From: a virus
Lineage: Duplodnaviria > Caudoviricetes
Virus record (IMG/VR): IMGVR_UViG_2811995317_000003
Location: 23,425 to 87,424 of that record
Strand: one strand, 5' to 3'
Length of the DNA: 64,000 bases
Below the pieces are notes generated by a model. The model ran no database searches, was not told the origin of the DNA, and worked only from the letters and a program-made list of their open reading frames with translations. This document shows, piece by piece, positions 36,039 to 45,173 of the stretch. Numbering within the stretch: the stretch's first letter is position 1; the number at the start of each line of letters is the position of its first letter. Made by a program: the position numbers and the translations under genes.

Positions 36039-36505
36039 TTAGCGCACTGGTTAAGCATTACTGGCTGCAGTTGCTGGTGGTGGCGTTAATCGGCGTGCTG
36101 GCGTTCTTCGTGAACCACTACCGCGACAACGCCATCACTTACAGAGACCAGCGCGATAAGGCCACTGAGAAACTCCTCCTGGCGACCGCCACCATTAAAG
36201 ACATGCAGACCCGCCAGCGTGATGTCGCTGCACTGGATGCCAAATACACGAAGGAATTAGCAGATGCGAATGCTGAGAATAACAGGCTTCGTGCTGATGT
36301 TGTCGCTGGTAAGCGTCGGCTGCAAATCGCCGCCACCTGCTCCAAAGACGAAACCACCGGATCCTCCGGCCTGGTTGATGGCTCAAGCCCTCGACTTACA
36401 GCAGATGCTGAACTCAATTATTGGCGTCTCAGAGACGGGATCGCCGCCGTCACAAAGCAACTGACCGGCCTGCAGGAATACGTTCGGACTCAGTGCCTGA
36501 AATAA
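36035..36505 (+). CDS. Rz: i-spanin
   Basis: N-terminal [29 protein letters not shown]. Confidence 0.9.
   Translation: MISALVKHYWLQLLVVALIGVLAFFVNHYRDNAITYRDQRDKATEKLLLATATIKDMQTRQRDVAALDAKYTKELADANAENNRLRADVVAGKRRLQIAATCSKDETTGSSGLVDGSSPRLTADAELNYWRLRDGIAAVTKQLTGLQEYVRTQCLK
36264..36464 (+). CDS. Rz1: o-spanin lipoprotein embedded in Rz
   Basis: Lipobox VSVGC, Pro-rich PPPAP..PPDPPAW, shifted frame inside Rz. Confidence 0.85.
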   Translation: MRMLRITGFVLMLSLVSVGCKSPPPAPKTKPPDPPAWLMAQALDLQQMLNSIIGVSETGSPPSQSN

Positions 36506-36518
36506 TACGGAGGTGAGC

Positions 36519-36593
36519 ATGTATTCGTATGGCGAAAGACCGCCTACGCATTCCACACTGCAATGCCGGGGTCATGCATCCGTTACCACATGA
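36519..36593 (+). CDS. Possible 24-aa peptide
   Basis: Strong RBS GGAGGTGA; no other support. Confidence 0.25.
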   Translation: MYSYGERPPTHSTLQCRGHASVTT

Positions 36594-36600
36594 ATAACCA

Positions 36601-36904
36601 AGCCTCGCAATAGCGGGGCTTTTTACTAACCGAGGAAACAAAATGTCCGTTCGCGCTAAATTCCGCTGTCACTTCATTCAGAAAGCAGAAGACGATTCAC
36701 ACCGCACAATCCACATGAGTCCTGTAACTGCAGATACCACCGAAAACAAGTCGTGGTCAAAGTACACACCTGGCGGCCAGCTGCAGATGGTCATCTCGAA
36801 CCCTGCAGCGTTCGAACACTTCGAGCAAGGCAAAGAATACTTCATCGACATACAACCGGCGAAGTAATAAAGAAATTTCCAGCCTCGCAATAGCGGGGCT
36901 TTTT
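36601..36904 (+). repeat. Exact 24-bp direct repeat of a terminator (36601-36624 and 36881-36904) flanking one gene
   Basis: AGCCTCGCAATAGCGGGGCTTTTT twice. Confidence 0.9.
36643..36867 (+). CDS. 74-aa conserved hypothetical protein
   Basis: RBS GAGGA; VRAKF.C, ENK.WSKYTPGG.L.M.I.NP.A. Confidence 0.75.
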   Translation: MSVRAKFRCHFIQKAEDDSHRTIHMSPVTADTTENKSWSKYTPGGQLQMVISNPAAFEHFEQGKEYFIDIQPAK

Positions 36905-36935
36905 CATGCGCATCTCACGCGCACATCAACGAGAG

Positions 36936-37027
36936 CCTTTCAGTAAGCGAGCCTGAGAAATGCCGTATATGGTGGCGACCATCTCGGGGCGGCTTTTCTG
37001 TGCGAACAGGCTCATCTTTCTAAAGGA
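36936..37027 (+). promoter_or_regulatory. Long hairpin leader that sequesters the rha RBS
   Basis: GAGCCTG/CAGGCTC, AGAAA/TTTCT, GCCG/CGGC and CCTTT/AAAGG pairings. Confidence 0.55.
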
Positions 37028-37035
37028 ACATCGCC

Positions 37036-37722
37036 ATGCAATTAGTTGAAATCAAGAAGCTCGACCTGGTCACCAACTAGGCAGTGATCGCCAGTGGTGT
37101 CATGAAGGATCACAAGCCAGTGATTCAACTCATCAGGAAGTACAAAAGCGACCTCGAAGAGTTCGGAAGGGTGGAATTTGAAATGCGACCCTTTCAAACC
37201 GATGGAGGCATGCAGAAGCAGGAAATAGCACTGCTAAACGAACAGCAAACCACGCTGTTGATCACCTACATGCGAAACAATGAAGTTGTGCGTGAATTCA
37301 AAAAGCGCCTGGTAGCTGAATTCTTCACTATGCGCAGCGCGCTGGCGAAAAAGAAGATGGACCGCAACTCCGCGCGCCTGGAATACAAACCCATGACCGA
37401 CGCCATCAAGCATGAGCGTGAGGCGCAGGGTAAGCAAATCGCCCCGCATCACTTCAGCAACGAAGCTGACCTGATTAACCGGCTGGCGCTGGGCATGACG
37501 GCGGCCAAGTTCCGTGTGCATCACGAAATCGGGAAGAAAGAGCCGATCCGCGATTACCTGACGCCGGAACAAATTCACTGCATCACCGAGCTACAGCGCG
37601 CCAACACGGTATTCATCAGCATGGGGTGGGACTTCGAACAACGCAAAGAAGTGCTGCGCGGCATGTTCGAGCGTAATCACCGCCAGCCGCTTATCGAAGA
37701 ACAGCACCGCCTGGCTGCATAA
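37036..37722 (+). pseudogene. rha: Rha-family regulator with in-frame TAG at codon 15 (37078-37080)
   Basis: MQLVEIKKLDLVTN*AVIASGV..HKPVIQLIR, LLNEQQ.TLL, V..FKK.LV.EF; same frame across the stop. Confidence 0.75.
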
Positions 37723-37817
37723 CCACAAATATGTGGTTTTAGAGAGCCACTTTCACAACGGTTCTTCATTACAGAAGCTCTTCACCGAGGGGCTTCGATA
37801 ATGATCTGTGTAACCCC

Positions 37818-37890
37818 GCAAGGATGGTGATCACATCTTGCTGACGGGTAAGCCGTAAGTGGCTAAGCACTTCCGAGAAGCAGGGCAACA
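37818..37890 (+). ncRNA. Candidate multi-hairpin RNA or leader
   Basis: Three adjacent hairpins: 37818-37841, 37844-37856 (loop GTAAG), 37857-37872 (loop GCTAAG). Confidence 0.4.
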
Positions 37891-37915
37891 GCTGCGACAA
37901 GGCAAAGAGGTAATC

Positions 37916-38134
37916 ATGTCCGACATCTACCAAATAACGCTAACAACCCAAACAGGCGAAACCTTCACGGGCAAGATGTCACGACGTCAGCCTGAGCTGG
38001 TTAACGGCTTTGTGCCGCTGGCAACAGAGACGGGACAGTGGCTATATTTCGCTCCGGCCGATGTGAAACGCGTGCAGTTCACGCCAGTACCGGAAGAGCA
38101 GACCGAACAGCCAGTAGAACTAACAACGGAGTAA
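37916..38134 (+). CDS. Small conserved hypothetical protein
   Basis: RBS AGAGGT; start at ATG 37916. Confidence 0.7.
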   Translation: MSDIYQITLTTQTGETFTGKMSRRQPELVNGFVPLATETGQWLYFAPADVKRVQFTPVPEEQTEQPVELTTE

Positions 38135-38137
38135 CCC

Positions 38138-38257
38138 ATGGCTAACGATGACGAGCGCAGGCCATACCCGCCAGTGAACTTCATCGCCTCCGACAACTGG
38201 CAGCCTGTCGCCGTTCTTCAACACTACAACGAACAAGTTCAACGTCTTCAATCTTGA
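38138..38257 (+). pseudogene. 5' fragment of a putative phage metallopeptidase-type gene
   Basis: MANDDERRPYPPVNFIASDNWQP resembles a recalled conserved N-terminus, then ends abruptly. Confidence 0.5.
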
Positions 38258-38540
38258 TACGACTGTCACCTTTAAGGTGAACGTCATTGGCGCATGGAGT
38301 GGGTCATCCACAAACCGAAGCATGACCATCGACTTCCCACAGACGAACGGTAACTCGTTGACCAAAACGCGTGACGCTCAGGTGACGGTTGATGCTCTGT
38401 CATTTCCGACATTTTTCAGCGTCGACAAAGACGGCAATCTTGCGACTAACGGTAGCGACATCACTATCGTATCGAACGGCGCAACTTTCACTGAAACAGA
38501 CATCCTGTTAGTGGCTGAACAGATGACCCCATCCTCATAG
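38205..38540 (+). pseudogene. 3' remnant of a beta-rich accessory or structural gene
   Basis: Open frame LSPFFNTTTNKFNVF...AEQMTPSS* with no RBS/ATG; begins where the previous gene breaks. Confidence 0.5.
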
Positions 38541-38547
38541 GTGACAT

Positions 38548-38796
38548 ATGACATTGACTAACGTCTCAGTAACCAAAGGTGGCTGGGTTCAGGTATACGC
38601 AGGAACAAACGCCGCTACCGTAGTGGCATCCGGATTCACTGGTGAGATTTGCCAGTCAGCCTCTCAACCATCAAACACATTAATCGGGCTGCCATTCGAT
38701 GGTGCATCCCTGATTCGCTACATCTACAACTCAACTGCCGGCGACCCTGTATGGGTGAAGCCATACGATGACGGCATTGTGATTGTTAACGCTTAA
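38548..38796 (+). CDS. Hypothetical beta-rich protein
   Basis: RBS AGGTGA; intact ORF. Confidence 0.6.
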   Translation: MTLTNVSVTKGGWVQVYAGTNAATVVASGFTGEICQSASQPSNTLIGLPFDGASLIRYIYNSTAGDPVWVKPYDDGIVIVNA

Positions 38797-38807
38797 AGAG
38801 AAATGAA

Positions 38808-38954
38808 ATGTCTAAACCACATATCAAAAAGGTGTACCAAGGATGGATGGCGTCAGTGGGAGATAAACCTTTTAACTCCTTTAGAGCTATCGGTGTAACG
38901 CCAAAGGATGCTCTTGAAAAGCTTAATGCGTCTGTGTCTGGAGTGAAAAAATAA
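38808..38954 (+). CDS. 48-aa hypothetical protein
   Basis: Fills the gap and abuts the terS start; absent from the ORF track. Confidence 0.45.
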   Translation: MSKPHIKKVYQGWMASVGDKPFNSFRAIGVTPKDALEKLNASVSGVKK

Positions 38955-39503
38955 ATGGCAAAGCTCACCGACAAACAAGAGCTGTTTGCCCGTGAGTTCA
39001 TAGTTGACCTCAATGCCACTCAGGCAGCCATAAGGGCGGGCTACAGCGAGAAGTCATCCCGCAACCAGGGCGCTAGGATGATGGCAAATGATGACATTTT
39101 AGACCGCATTGCTGAGCTTAAGGCCGAGCGCAATGAGCAAGTAGGCGTAGATGCAACTTACGTATTGCGACGTCTCACGGAAATCGACCAGATGGACGTG
39201 CTCGACATCCTGCTTGCCAATGGCGAGCTTAAGCCGATTAAAGACTGGCCGAAAGTATGGCGAACAACGCTATCAGGAATGGATGTTGTCGAAATGGCAT
39301 CTGCAGACAGCGCCGCCCTACTGAAGAAAATCAAGTGGCCTGACAAGGTGAAAAACCTTGAGCTGCTAGGCAAGCACGTAAATGTGCAGGCGTTTAAAGA
39401 AAACATCAAAACAGAAATCAGCGGTGCTGGCGGTGGTCCAATCGTTACTACCGATATGTCACCTGAAGAAGCTGCAGAGAAATACAAAGACCTCATGGGA
39501 TAA
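38955..39503 (+). CDS. terS: Terminase small subunit
   Basis: LTDKQELFARE...DLNATQAAIRAGYS; ELLGKH. Confidence 0.9.
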   Translation: MAKLTDKQELFAREFIVDLNATQAAIRAGYSEKSSRNQGARMMANDDILDRIAELKAERNEQVGVDATYVLRRLTEIDQMDVLDILLANGELKPIKDWPKVWRTTLSGMDVVEMASADSAALLKKIKWPDKVKNLELLGKHVNVQAFKENIKTEISGAGGGPIVTTDMSPEEAAEKYKDLMG

Positions 39504-39506
39504 ATC

Positions 39507-41114
39507 ATGCCAATTCCTTTCCCTTTCGACTTCCGAAATCCGGATTATGTCCAGGTATTCGAATGGCGACAGGAAAGAATTCTGCGCATTCGAAACAACC
39601 CGGCCGCAATTCCATCGCTTGTTTCATTCTATAAGAACAACCCAGCCCAGTTCATTATCGACTGGGGAATGACCTATGATCCGCGAAACCCTGAGCGAGG
39701 GCTTCCGTCATACATCCCATTTCTGCTTTTCCCAAGACAGGAAGAGTGGATGGAATGGTTCATGGATAGGTGGAAAGCACAAGAGCCAGGTATCACTGAG
39801 AAGACCCGCGATATGGGTATGAGCTGGCTGACGGTTGCTTTGGCTTGCACGGTATGCAACTTCAATAAGGGCATCAGCGTAGGCATCGGCAGCCGTAAAG
39901 AAGAGTACGTAGATAAAATAGGCGTACCAAAGTCTCTGCTCGAGAAAGCGCGTATGTTCATGTCGCTTCTTCCTAGTGAGTTTCGATTTGGATGGAATAG
40001 AGACAAAGACGCGCCGCATATGCGCATTAAGTTCCCTCACACCAATTCAATTATCTCCGGAGAGTGTGGAGATGGCATTGGTCGAGGCGATCGCGCCAGT
40101 TTCTATATCGTCGATGAGGCCGCTTTCCTTGAGAGACCAACACTCGTAGACGCTTCACTTTCAGCAACGACAAACTGTCGGCAAGATATTTCCACACCAA
40201 ATGGCAACGCCAACAGCTTCGCTATCCGCAGACATGGCGGAAAGATACCTGTATTTACCTTCCACTGGCGCGATGACCCTCGTAAAGACCAGTCATGGTA
40301 CGAGAAACAGGTTGAATTGCTGGATCCGGTAACTGTCGCTCAGGAAATAGACATCGATTACAACGCATCCGTGGAAGGCGTAATCATTCCTTCTGCTTGG
40401 GTGCAGGCTGCTATTGATGCTCACATTAAACTCGGCATTGAGCCATCAGGAGAGCGTAAAGGCGCGCTTGACGTTGCTGATGAAGGTATAGATAAAAACG
40501 CCTTCTCATCTGCGAAAGGCATTCTGATAGATGTCTGCGAGGAATGGAGCGGTAAAGGTTCAGACATTTACGAAACGGTGGTGAGAGCCACCAACCTTGC
40601 TGATGAGCATGGTTGCAGCAACGTACTCTATGACGCGGATGGAATTGGCGCTGGCTGCCGTGGCGACTCCAAGCAAGTAAACGAGTCTCGCAAGAGGGAA
40701 GCTAAAAAGCCGGTTACTTTCTCTGCATACAAAGGAAGCGCAGGTGTTCTTAATCCTGACAAGGTGCTTATGAGGGATGCAAACGGAAGAAATATCACCA
40801 ATAAGGATTTCTTCTATAACTTCAAAGCGCAATCCTGGTGGCATTTACGCACCCTGTTCCTGAATACCTATCGTGCAGTAAATGGCAGGAAGTACGATCC
40901 GGATGAAATCATCTCCCTTTCTTCAAAGATGAATGGAATTGCAAGATTAACATCTGAGCTAAGCCAGCCAACCTACAGCAAAAACTCTACGGGCAAAATC
41001 GTCGTCGATAAAAAACCAGATGGAGCACTTTCACCAAACTGTGCAGATAGCCTGGTTATTCTCAAATCGCCGGAGAGGAAGCCATTCCATATTCCTGACG
41101 AGATACTCCAATGA
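39507..41114 (+). CDS. terL: Terminase large subunit
   Basis: [32 protein letters not shown] and PN.ADS. Confidence 0.92.
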   Translation: MPIPFPFDFRNPDYVQVFEWRQERILRIRNNPAAIPSLVSFYKNNPAQFIIDWGMTYDPRNPERGLPSYIPFLLFPRQEEWMEWFMDRWKAQEPGITEKTRDMGMSWLTVALACTVCNFNKGISVGIGSRKEEYVDKIGVPKSLLEKARMFMSLLPSEFRFGWNRDKDAPHMRIKFPHTNSIISGECGDGIGRGDRASFYIVDEAAFLERPTLVDASLSATTNCRQDISTPNGNANSFAIRRHGGKIPVFTFHWRDDPRKDQSWYEKQVELLDPVTVAQEIDIDYNASVEGVIIPSAWVQAAIDAHIKLGIEPSGERKGALDVADEGIDKNAFSSAKGILIDVCEEWSGKGSDIYETVVRATNLADEHGCSNVLYDADGIGAGCRGDSKQVNESRKREAKKPVTFSAYKGSAGVLNPDKVLMRDANGRNITNKDFFYNFKAQSWWHLRTLFLNTYRAVNGRKYDPDEIISLSSKMNGIARLTSELSQPTYSKNSTGKIVVDKKPDGALSPNCADSLVILKSPERKPFHIPDEILQ

Positions 41115-42586
41115 CAAGACGCAAGCAAACAGCGCAACCCACTCGGCGGGAACTGGCAAAAATCACGCAGATGCATCTTGATAGTGCCTCTGTAGCAAAT
41201 GACGAGAAGCCGTACGCTGAATTTAAAAGATATGAACCGCTCCCCGGGGTAATCCCTGAGGCGAAGAAGGAGGCCACTCTCGCGATGGATGCAACGCCGT
41301 ACGATGTGCTTAACAGCATGTCTATCGGAACAGAGTATTCAGGCTTCCGTGGCTACCCAATTCTGGCCGCCATGTCTCAGCAGGTCGAGTATGCGAACAT
41401 GCACACCGTTATGGCCGACGAGATGACGCGCAACTGGATTGAGGTTAAGAGTAAAAAGGATGGCGATCCTGACGTAAAAGCAATGGAAGAGGCGCTGGTT
41501 AAATATGATATTAAGCGCCTTATCCACGAGGCCGTGCGACAGGATTCAGAGTACGGAGTCGCCCACATCTTTATCGATGTAGGTGCTGATGAGATCGAGA
41601 ACGAAAAGCCACTTTTCCTCGACCCAAGGAAAATCACCAAAGGAAGTCTGAAGAACTTCAAGATTGTTGATCCGAACTGGGTTTACCCGGCGATGTATAA
41701 CTCAAACAAACCACTCAGGCCCGACTTTTATAAGCCGCAGGCGTGGTTTGTTATGGGTGACACCGTTCACGAGTCAAGGTTTATAGATATCGTGACTCGC
41801 CCGGTTCCAGACATCCTCAAGCCATCGTACAACTTTGGTGGGCTATCCCTTACGCAGTTGATGGAAGACTATGTTGTCGACTGGCGAGACGCCAAGAAGA
41901 ACGTAATCAAGATTCTCCGTACGCTGCGTATGAGGGCCTTAAAAACTGACATGGACGCTCGGCTTCAAGAGCCAGGTCAGTTTGATAAGCGCATCAAGTT
42001 ATTTACTCAGTATCAGGACAACTTTGGTATCTGGGCGATTGACAGGGAAGAAGACCTTCTGCACATGCAGACTTCCCTGAGTGAATTGTCAAACATTCTG
42101 TCGAACTACCAGGAGCAACTTTGCATCCCATCGAGAACGACAAACCTGAAGATGTTTGGCAACGCACCAGCTGGACTTAATGCGAGTGGCGATTCTGAGA
42201 TTGAAACGTGGCATGAAACGATATCCGGCTCGCAGGAGCTTGATTACCGTCGCGCAATTGAAAATATCTTCAAGATTATTCAGTTATCGGAGTTTGGTGA
42301 GATTAAGCAGGATATCTACTTCGAGTTCAGGCCTCTGGACGAGGTTAGCGAAGAAGATGCGGCCAACACCAACAAAACGAAAGTCGAAACGGTTGCCATT
42401 GCTGCGGATAGCCAGCTCATCAGTAGCGAAGAGGCAAGAGATGCACTGAAGAGCATCAAGGGTGCTGGCTTCGAAAATCTGGATGGTGATTATGAACCGG
42501 AAGAAGACGAAGAGTCTGAAGCCAGTGAACTACAACGCGGGAAACATCAGGTGGTACCAGAAAGAGCTGCTCAGAACGATTCGTGA
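41111..42586 (+). CDS. Portal protein (DUF1073-type)
   Basis: Follows terL; [12 protein letters not shown] motif; about 490 aa. Confidence 0.85.
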   Translation: MTRRKQTAQPTRRELAKITQMHLDSASVANDEKPYAEFKRYEPLPGVIPEAKKEATLAMDATPYDVLNSMSIGTEYSGFRGYPILAAMSQQVEYANMHTVMADEMTRNWIEVKSKKDGDPDVKAMEEALVKYDIKRLIHEAVRQDSEYGVAHIFIDVGADEIENEKPLFLDPRKITKGSLKNFKIVDPNWVYPAMYNSNKPLRPDFYKPQAWFVMGDTVHESRFIDIVTRPVPDILKPSYNFGGLSLTQLMEDYVVDWRDAKKNVIKILRTLRMRALKTDMDARLQEPGQFDKRIKLFTQYQDNFGIWAIDREEDLLHMQTSLSELSNILSNYQEQLCIPSRTTNLKMFGNAPAGLNASGDSEIETWHETISGSQELDYRRAIENIFKIIQLSEFGEIKQDIYFEFRPLDEVSEEDAANTNKTKVETVAIAADSQLISSEEARDALKSIKGAGFENLDGDYEPEEDEESEASELQRGKHQVVPERAAQNDS

Positions 42587-43295
42587 GATGAACGATGACG
42601 TTAAGGCAGAGATAGTCACCATCATGCGGGATAACCCGCTGGCTATGGATATGGCGATGGATGCTAATCCGGTTGACCTGGTGAAGAGAGCCATATCTTC
42701 ACTGGCTAAGAAGTGGATAGACAACTTCATCAGGAAGGCGATCCCGGTTTCCGATGAGATGACAGACAGGACGCTTGAGGCTGTCGACCGTGGCATCCTC
42801 GCATCTGCCCGCAAAGACTCGCTGGTTATCAACCTGCAATGGACTGATGCCATGCTGCAAAAGCGTGACGCCATCATTGCTGAAAACGTGTCTCTGATTC
42901 GCTCAATACCAGAGAAGTACTTCAACGAAGTAGAGTCGATGGTGTTTCGGTCTATCGCCAAAGGTGGTGACCGCAAGCAACTGGCTGATGAGATTGAGCG
43001 TGAGTTTGGCAAGCGCCATGGTATCACCAGGCGTCGAGCTGAGTTTATCGCTCGTGACCAAGTGCGCAAAGCTACCAGTGCGCTATCAAATGCACGACAG
43101 CAGGCGGCAGGCATCAAGAAAGGTATATGGCTTCACAGTGGTGGCGGAAATCAGCCTCGCCACAAGCATGTGCAGGCTAACGGGAAAGAGTTCGATCTCG
43201 ATAAAGGGCTTCCGATTGGCGATAAAGGCCAGTATGTGTTGCCAGGTGAAGAGCCAAATTGTGGTTGCACGTGGAAGCCTGTTTTGCCGTTTTAA
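42492..43295 (+). CDS. Head morphogenesis protein
   Basis: IARDQ, W.HS, H..ANG and PGEEPNCGC; start at 42492 overlapping the portal 3' end. Confidence 0.85.
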   Translation: MNRKKTKSLKPVNYNAGNIRWYQKELLRTIREMNDDVKAEIVTIMRDNPLAMDMAMDANPVDLVKRAISSLAKKWIDNFIRKAIPVSDEMTDRTLEAVDRGILASARKDSLVINLQWTDAMLQKRDAIIAENVSLIRSIPEKYFNEVESMVFRSIAKGGDRKQLADEIEREFGKRHGITRRRAEFIARDQVRKATSALSNARQQAAGIKKGIWLHSGGGNQPRHKHVQANGKEFDLDKGLPIGDKGQYVLPGEEPNCGCTWKPVLPF

Positions 43296-43311
43296 TACGA
43301 AATAAATCATC

Positions 43312-43335
43312 AAGGTCACTTCGGTGGCCTTTTTT
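43312..43335 (+). terminator. Intrinsic terminator in the head operon
   Basis: AAGGTCAC-TTCG-GTGGCCTT plus T-run. Confidence 0.8.
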
Positions 43336-43358
43336 ATTGCCTGAAGAAAGGTAATCCA

Positions 43359-43460
43359 ATGGTTTTTACATCCAGCAAGCTTCCAGGCGGTGGATATCAG
43401 CCGAAAAGAAATGGCGAAGACACCACTGAAAAAATCAGCCCGCCACCCAAGCGAAGGTAA
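43359..43460 (+). CDS. 33-aa ORF flanked by a duplicated RBS/start
   Basis: MVFTSSKLPGGGYQPKRNGEDTTEKISPPPKRR*; AAGGTAATCCAATG at 43348 and 43454. Confidence 0.5.
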   Translation: MVFTSSKLPGGGYQPKRNGEDTTEKISPPPKRR

Positions 43461-43464
43461 TCCA

Positions 43465-44682
43465 ATGCCAGTACATCAGAAAGACGGCTCCTGGTGGTGG
43501 GGTTCAAAAGGTCCTTTCCCATCAAAAGAAAAAGCCGAAGAAGTAGAGCGAGCGGCATACGCGAACGGCTACGCCAAAGACTCTGCATTAGCATTCGACA
43601 GGGCAAGCGTGCGCACCTATGACGCGGATGGAAAGCTCCACGTAGAGCTAACCCCAATCAGCAAGGCTAACGTCTGCGTTTACTACGGTCGCGAGATTCC
43701 AGGTTGCGATGAGTTAGGGCTCATTCCTGATAAAGCATATCGCCTCCTGCGTGATCCTGAAGAACTGCGAAAGGCCGCAGACACATTCAACAACCAACCG
43801 CTGCTTAACACGCATATTGCCGTGTCAGTGCTTGACCCACCGAAAGAGGCAATCATCGGATCAACTGGTGAAAGCGCTGAATTCGACGGCACCTACCTGA
43901 AAAACTCTCTCGTCATTTGGGATGTGAATTCCATCATCGGCGTGGAGAACAAGCAGCAGCGCGAAATTTCATCCTCATACCGCTACCGGCTCGATATGAC
44001 CCCGGGTGAGTACGAGGGAGAGGCATACGATGGCGTCATGCGTGACATCGTTTGTAACCACGTGGCAATCGTGCCATCGGGTCGTGCAGGCCCGGATGTA
44101 TTTGTTTACGACTCACAACCGACAGGACTCAAACTGATGTCAAAAATCAAATCACTCATGACTCTCATCCGGCCATATCTGGCTAATGATGAGAAGTCCG
44201 AAGAGGTAGAAAAGAAAGTCGAAGCCATCATCAAAGATGAAGACGAAGACAAGAAGAAAGCAGAAGACGAAATGTCCGAGGAGGAGAAGAAAAAACTCGC
44301 CGAAGACGAAGAGTCGGAGAAAGACAAAAAGGCTGAAGACGAAGCCGAAGAAGAGAAAAAAGAGAAAGATAAAATGGCAAACGACAGCAAGTTAGCGATG
44401 GATGCAGCGGTTAAAGCTGTTGAGCAGCGCTTCATCGACCTGCGTAAAGCTGAGCGTGATGTACGTCCGGTAGTAGGCGAACTGGCCTGTGACAGCGCAG
44501 AAGAAGTGTATCGCACCGCCCTGAAGCAACTTGGCTGTGATGAGCACGCTTCAATCCCTGCTGCTGCACTGAGCTCTGTGTTCAAAGCCTATGCACGCCA
44601 GCCGTCATCCATGGCGCAGGACTCCGCAGTTATTACCACGTCTTCTCGCGAAAACGTTAAAAACTTCTTTGAGGGCAAATAA
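43465..44682 (+). CDS. DUF2213-type prohead protease/scaffold
   Basis: PLLNTH, SSSYRY and NHVAIVPSGRAG; charged helical C-terminus; start at 43465. Confidence 0.82.
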   Translation: MPVHQKDGSWWWGSKGPFPSKEKAEEVERAAYANGYAKDSALAFDRASVRTYDADGKLHVELTPISKANVCVYYGREIPGCDELGLIPDKAYRLLRDPEELRKAADTFNNQPLLNTHIAVSVLDPPKEAIIGSTGESAEFDGTYLKNSLVIWDVNSIIGVENKQQREISSSYRYRLDMTPGEYEGEAYDGVMRDIVCNHVAIVPSGRAGPDVFVYDSQPTGLKLMSKIKSLMTLIRPYLANDEKSEEVEKKVEAIIKDEDEDKKKAEDEMSEEEKKKLAEDEESEKDKKAEDEAEEEKKEKDKMANDSKLAMDAAVKAVEQRFIDLRKAERDVRPVVGELACDSAEEVYRTALKQLGCDEHASIPAAALSSVFKAYARQPSSMAQDSAVITTSSRENVKNFFEGK

Positions 44683-44684
44683 CA

Positions 44685-45173
44685 ATGGCTTTCCAACAAG
44701 ACGTTAAAGTTTACTCTGGCGTTGGTCAGGCTGGTCAGCCTGCTTCTAACAGCCCAATCATCGCCGCCGCAGGTGGTCCTGATGCATATCAGGCAGGCGC
44801 AAGTGGTCTGGTTATGGCGCGTTTCGCATGGCGTGACGGCACTAACCCACTCCTGCTGAACAACACCGGCACCGGTAAGCCTGTTGGCTTCATCTACAAC
44901 AACGCAAACGCCACGATCACCTATCTGCAAAACTCCAGCATGACTATTCCTGCCGGCCGTGAAGCATCTCCGGTGGTTGGTGGTGACTACTGGGCTCTGT
45001 CTGCAACCGATGCAATTGTTGGTCAGAAAGTGTTTGCGGTACTGGCTGACGGCACACTGAAGACCGGTGCAGCTGGCGCAACCATCTCTGGCGCTGTTGA
45101 AACCGACTGGTACGTGGCTAGATCTGCAACAACCGGCAATCTGTTAATCATCTCTACCTGGAGCAAAGCATAA
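44685..45173 (+). CDS. Head decoration/cement protein
   Basis: Position between scaffold and capsid genes. Confidence 0.6.
   Translation: MAFQQDVKVYSGVGQAGQPASNSPIIAAAGGPDAYQAGASGLVMARFAWRDGTNPLLLNNTGTGKPVGFIYNNANATITYLQNSSMTIPAGREASPVVGGDYWALSATDAIVGQKVFAVLADGTLKTGAAGATISGAVETDWYVARSATTGNLLIISTWSKA

Noticed and set aside
36601-36904. CRISPR mini-array
   Set aside because: Only two repeats, both terminator hairpins, separated by a 256-bp gene-containing spacer; no cas genes
37131-37138. CATCAGGA in rha as a target of the C4-like loop TCCTGATG
   Set aside because: An 8-mer match is expected by chance and also occurs at about 40443 and 42728; no second box is nearby
41111-42586. Anti-CBASS function sometimes attached to DUF1073 labels
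   Set aside because: Size, position after terL and motifs fit a portal protein; no phosphoesterase motifs were seen
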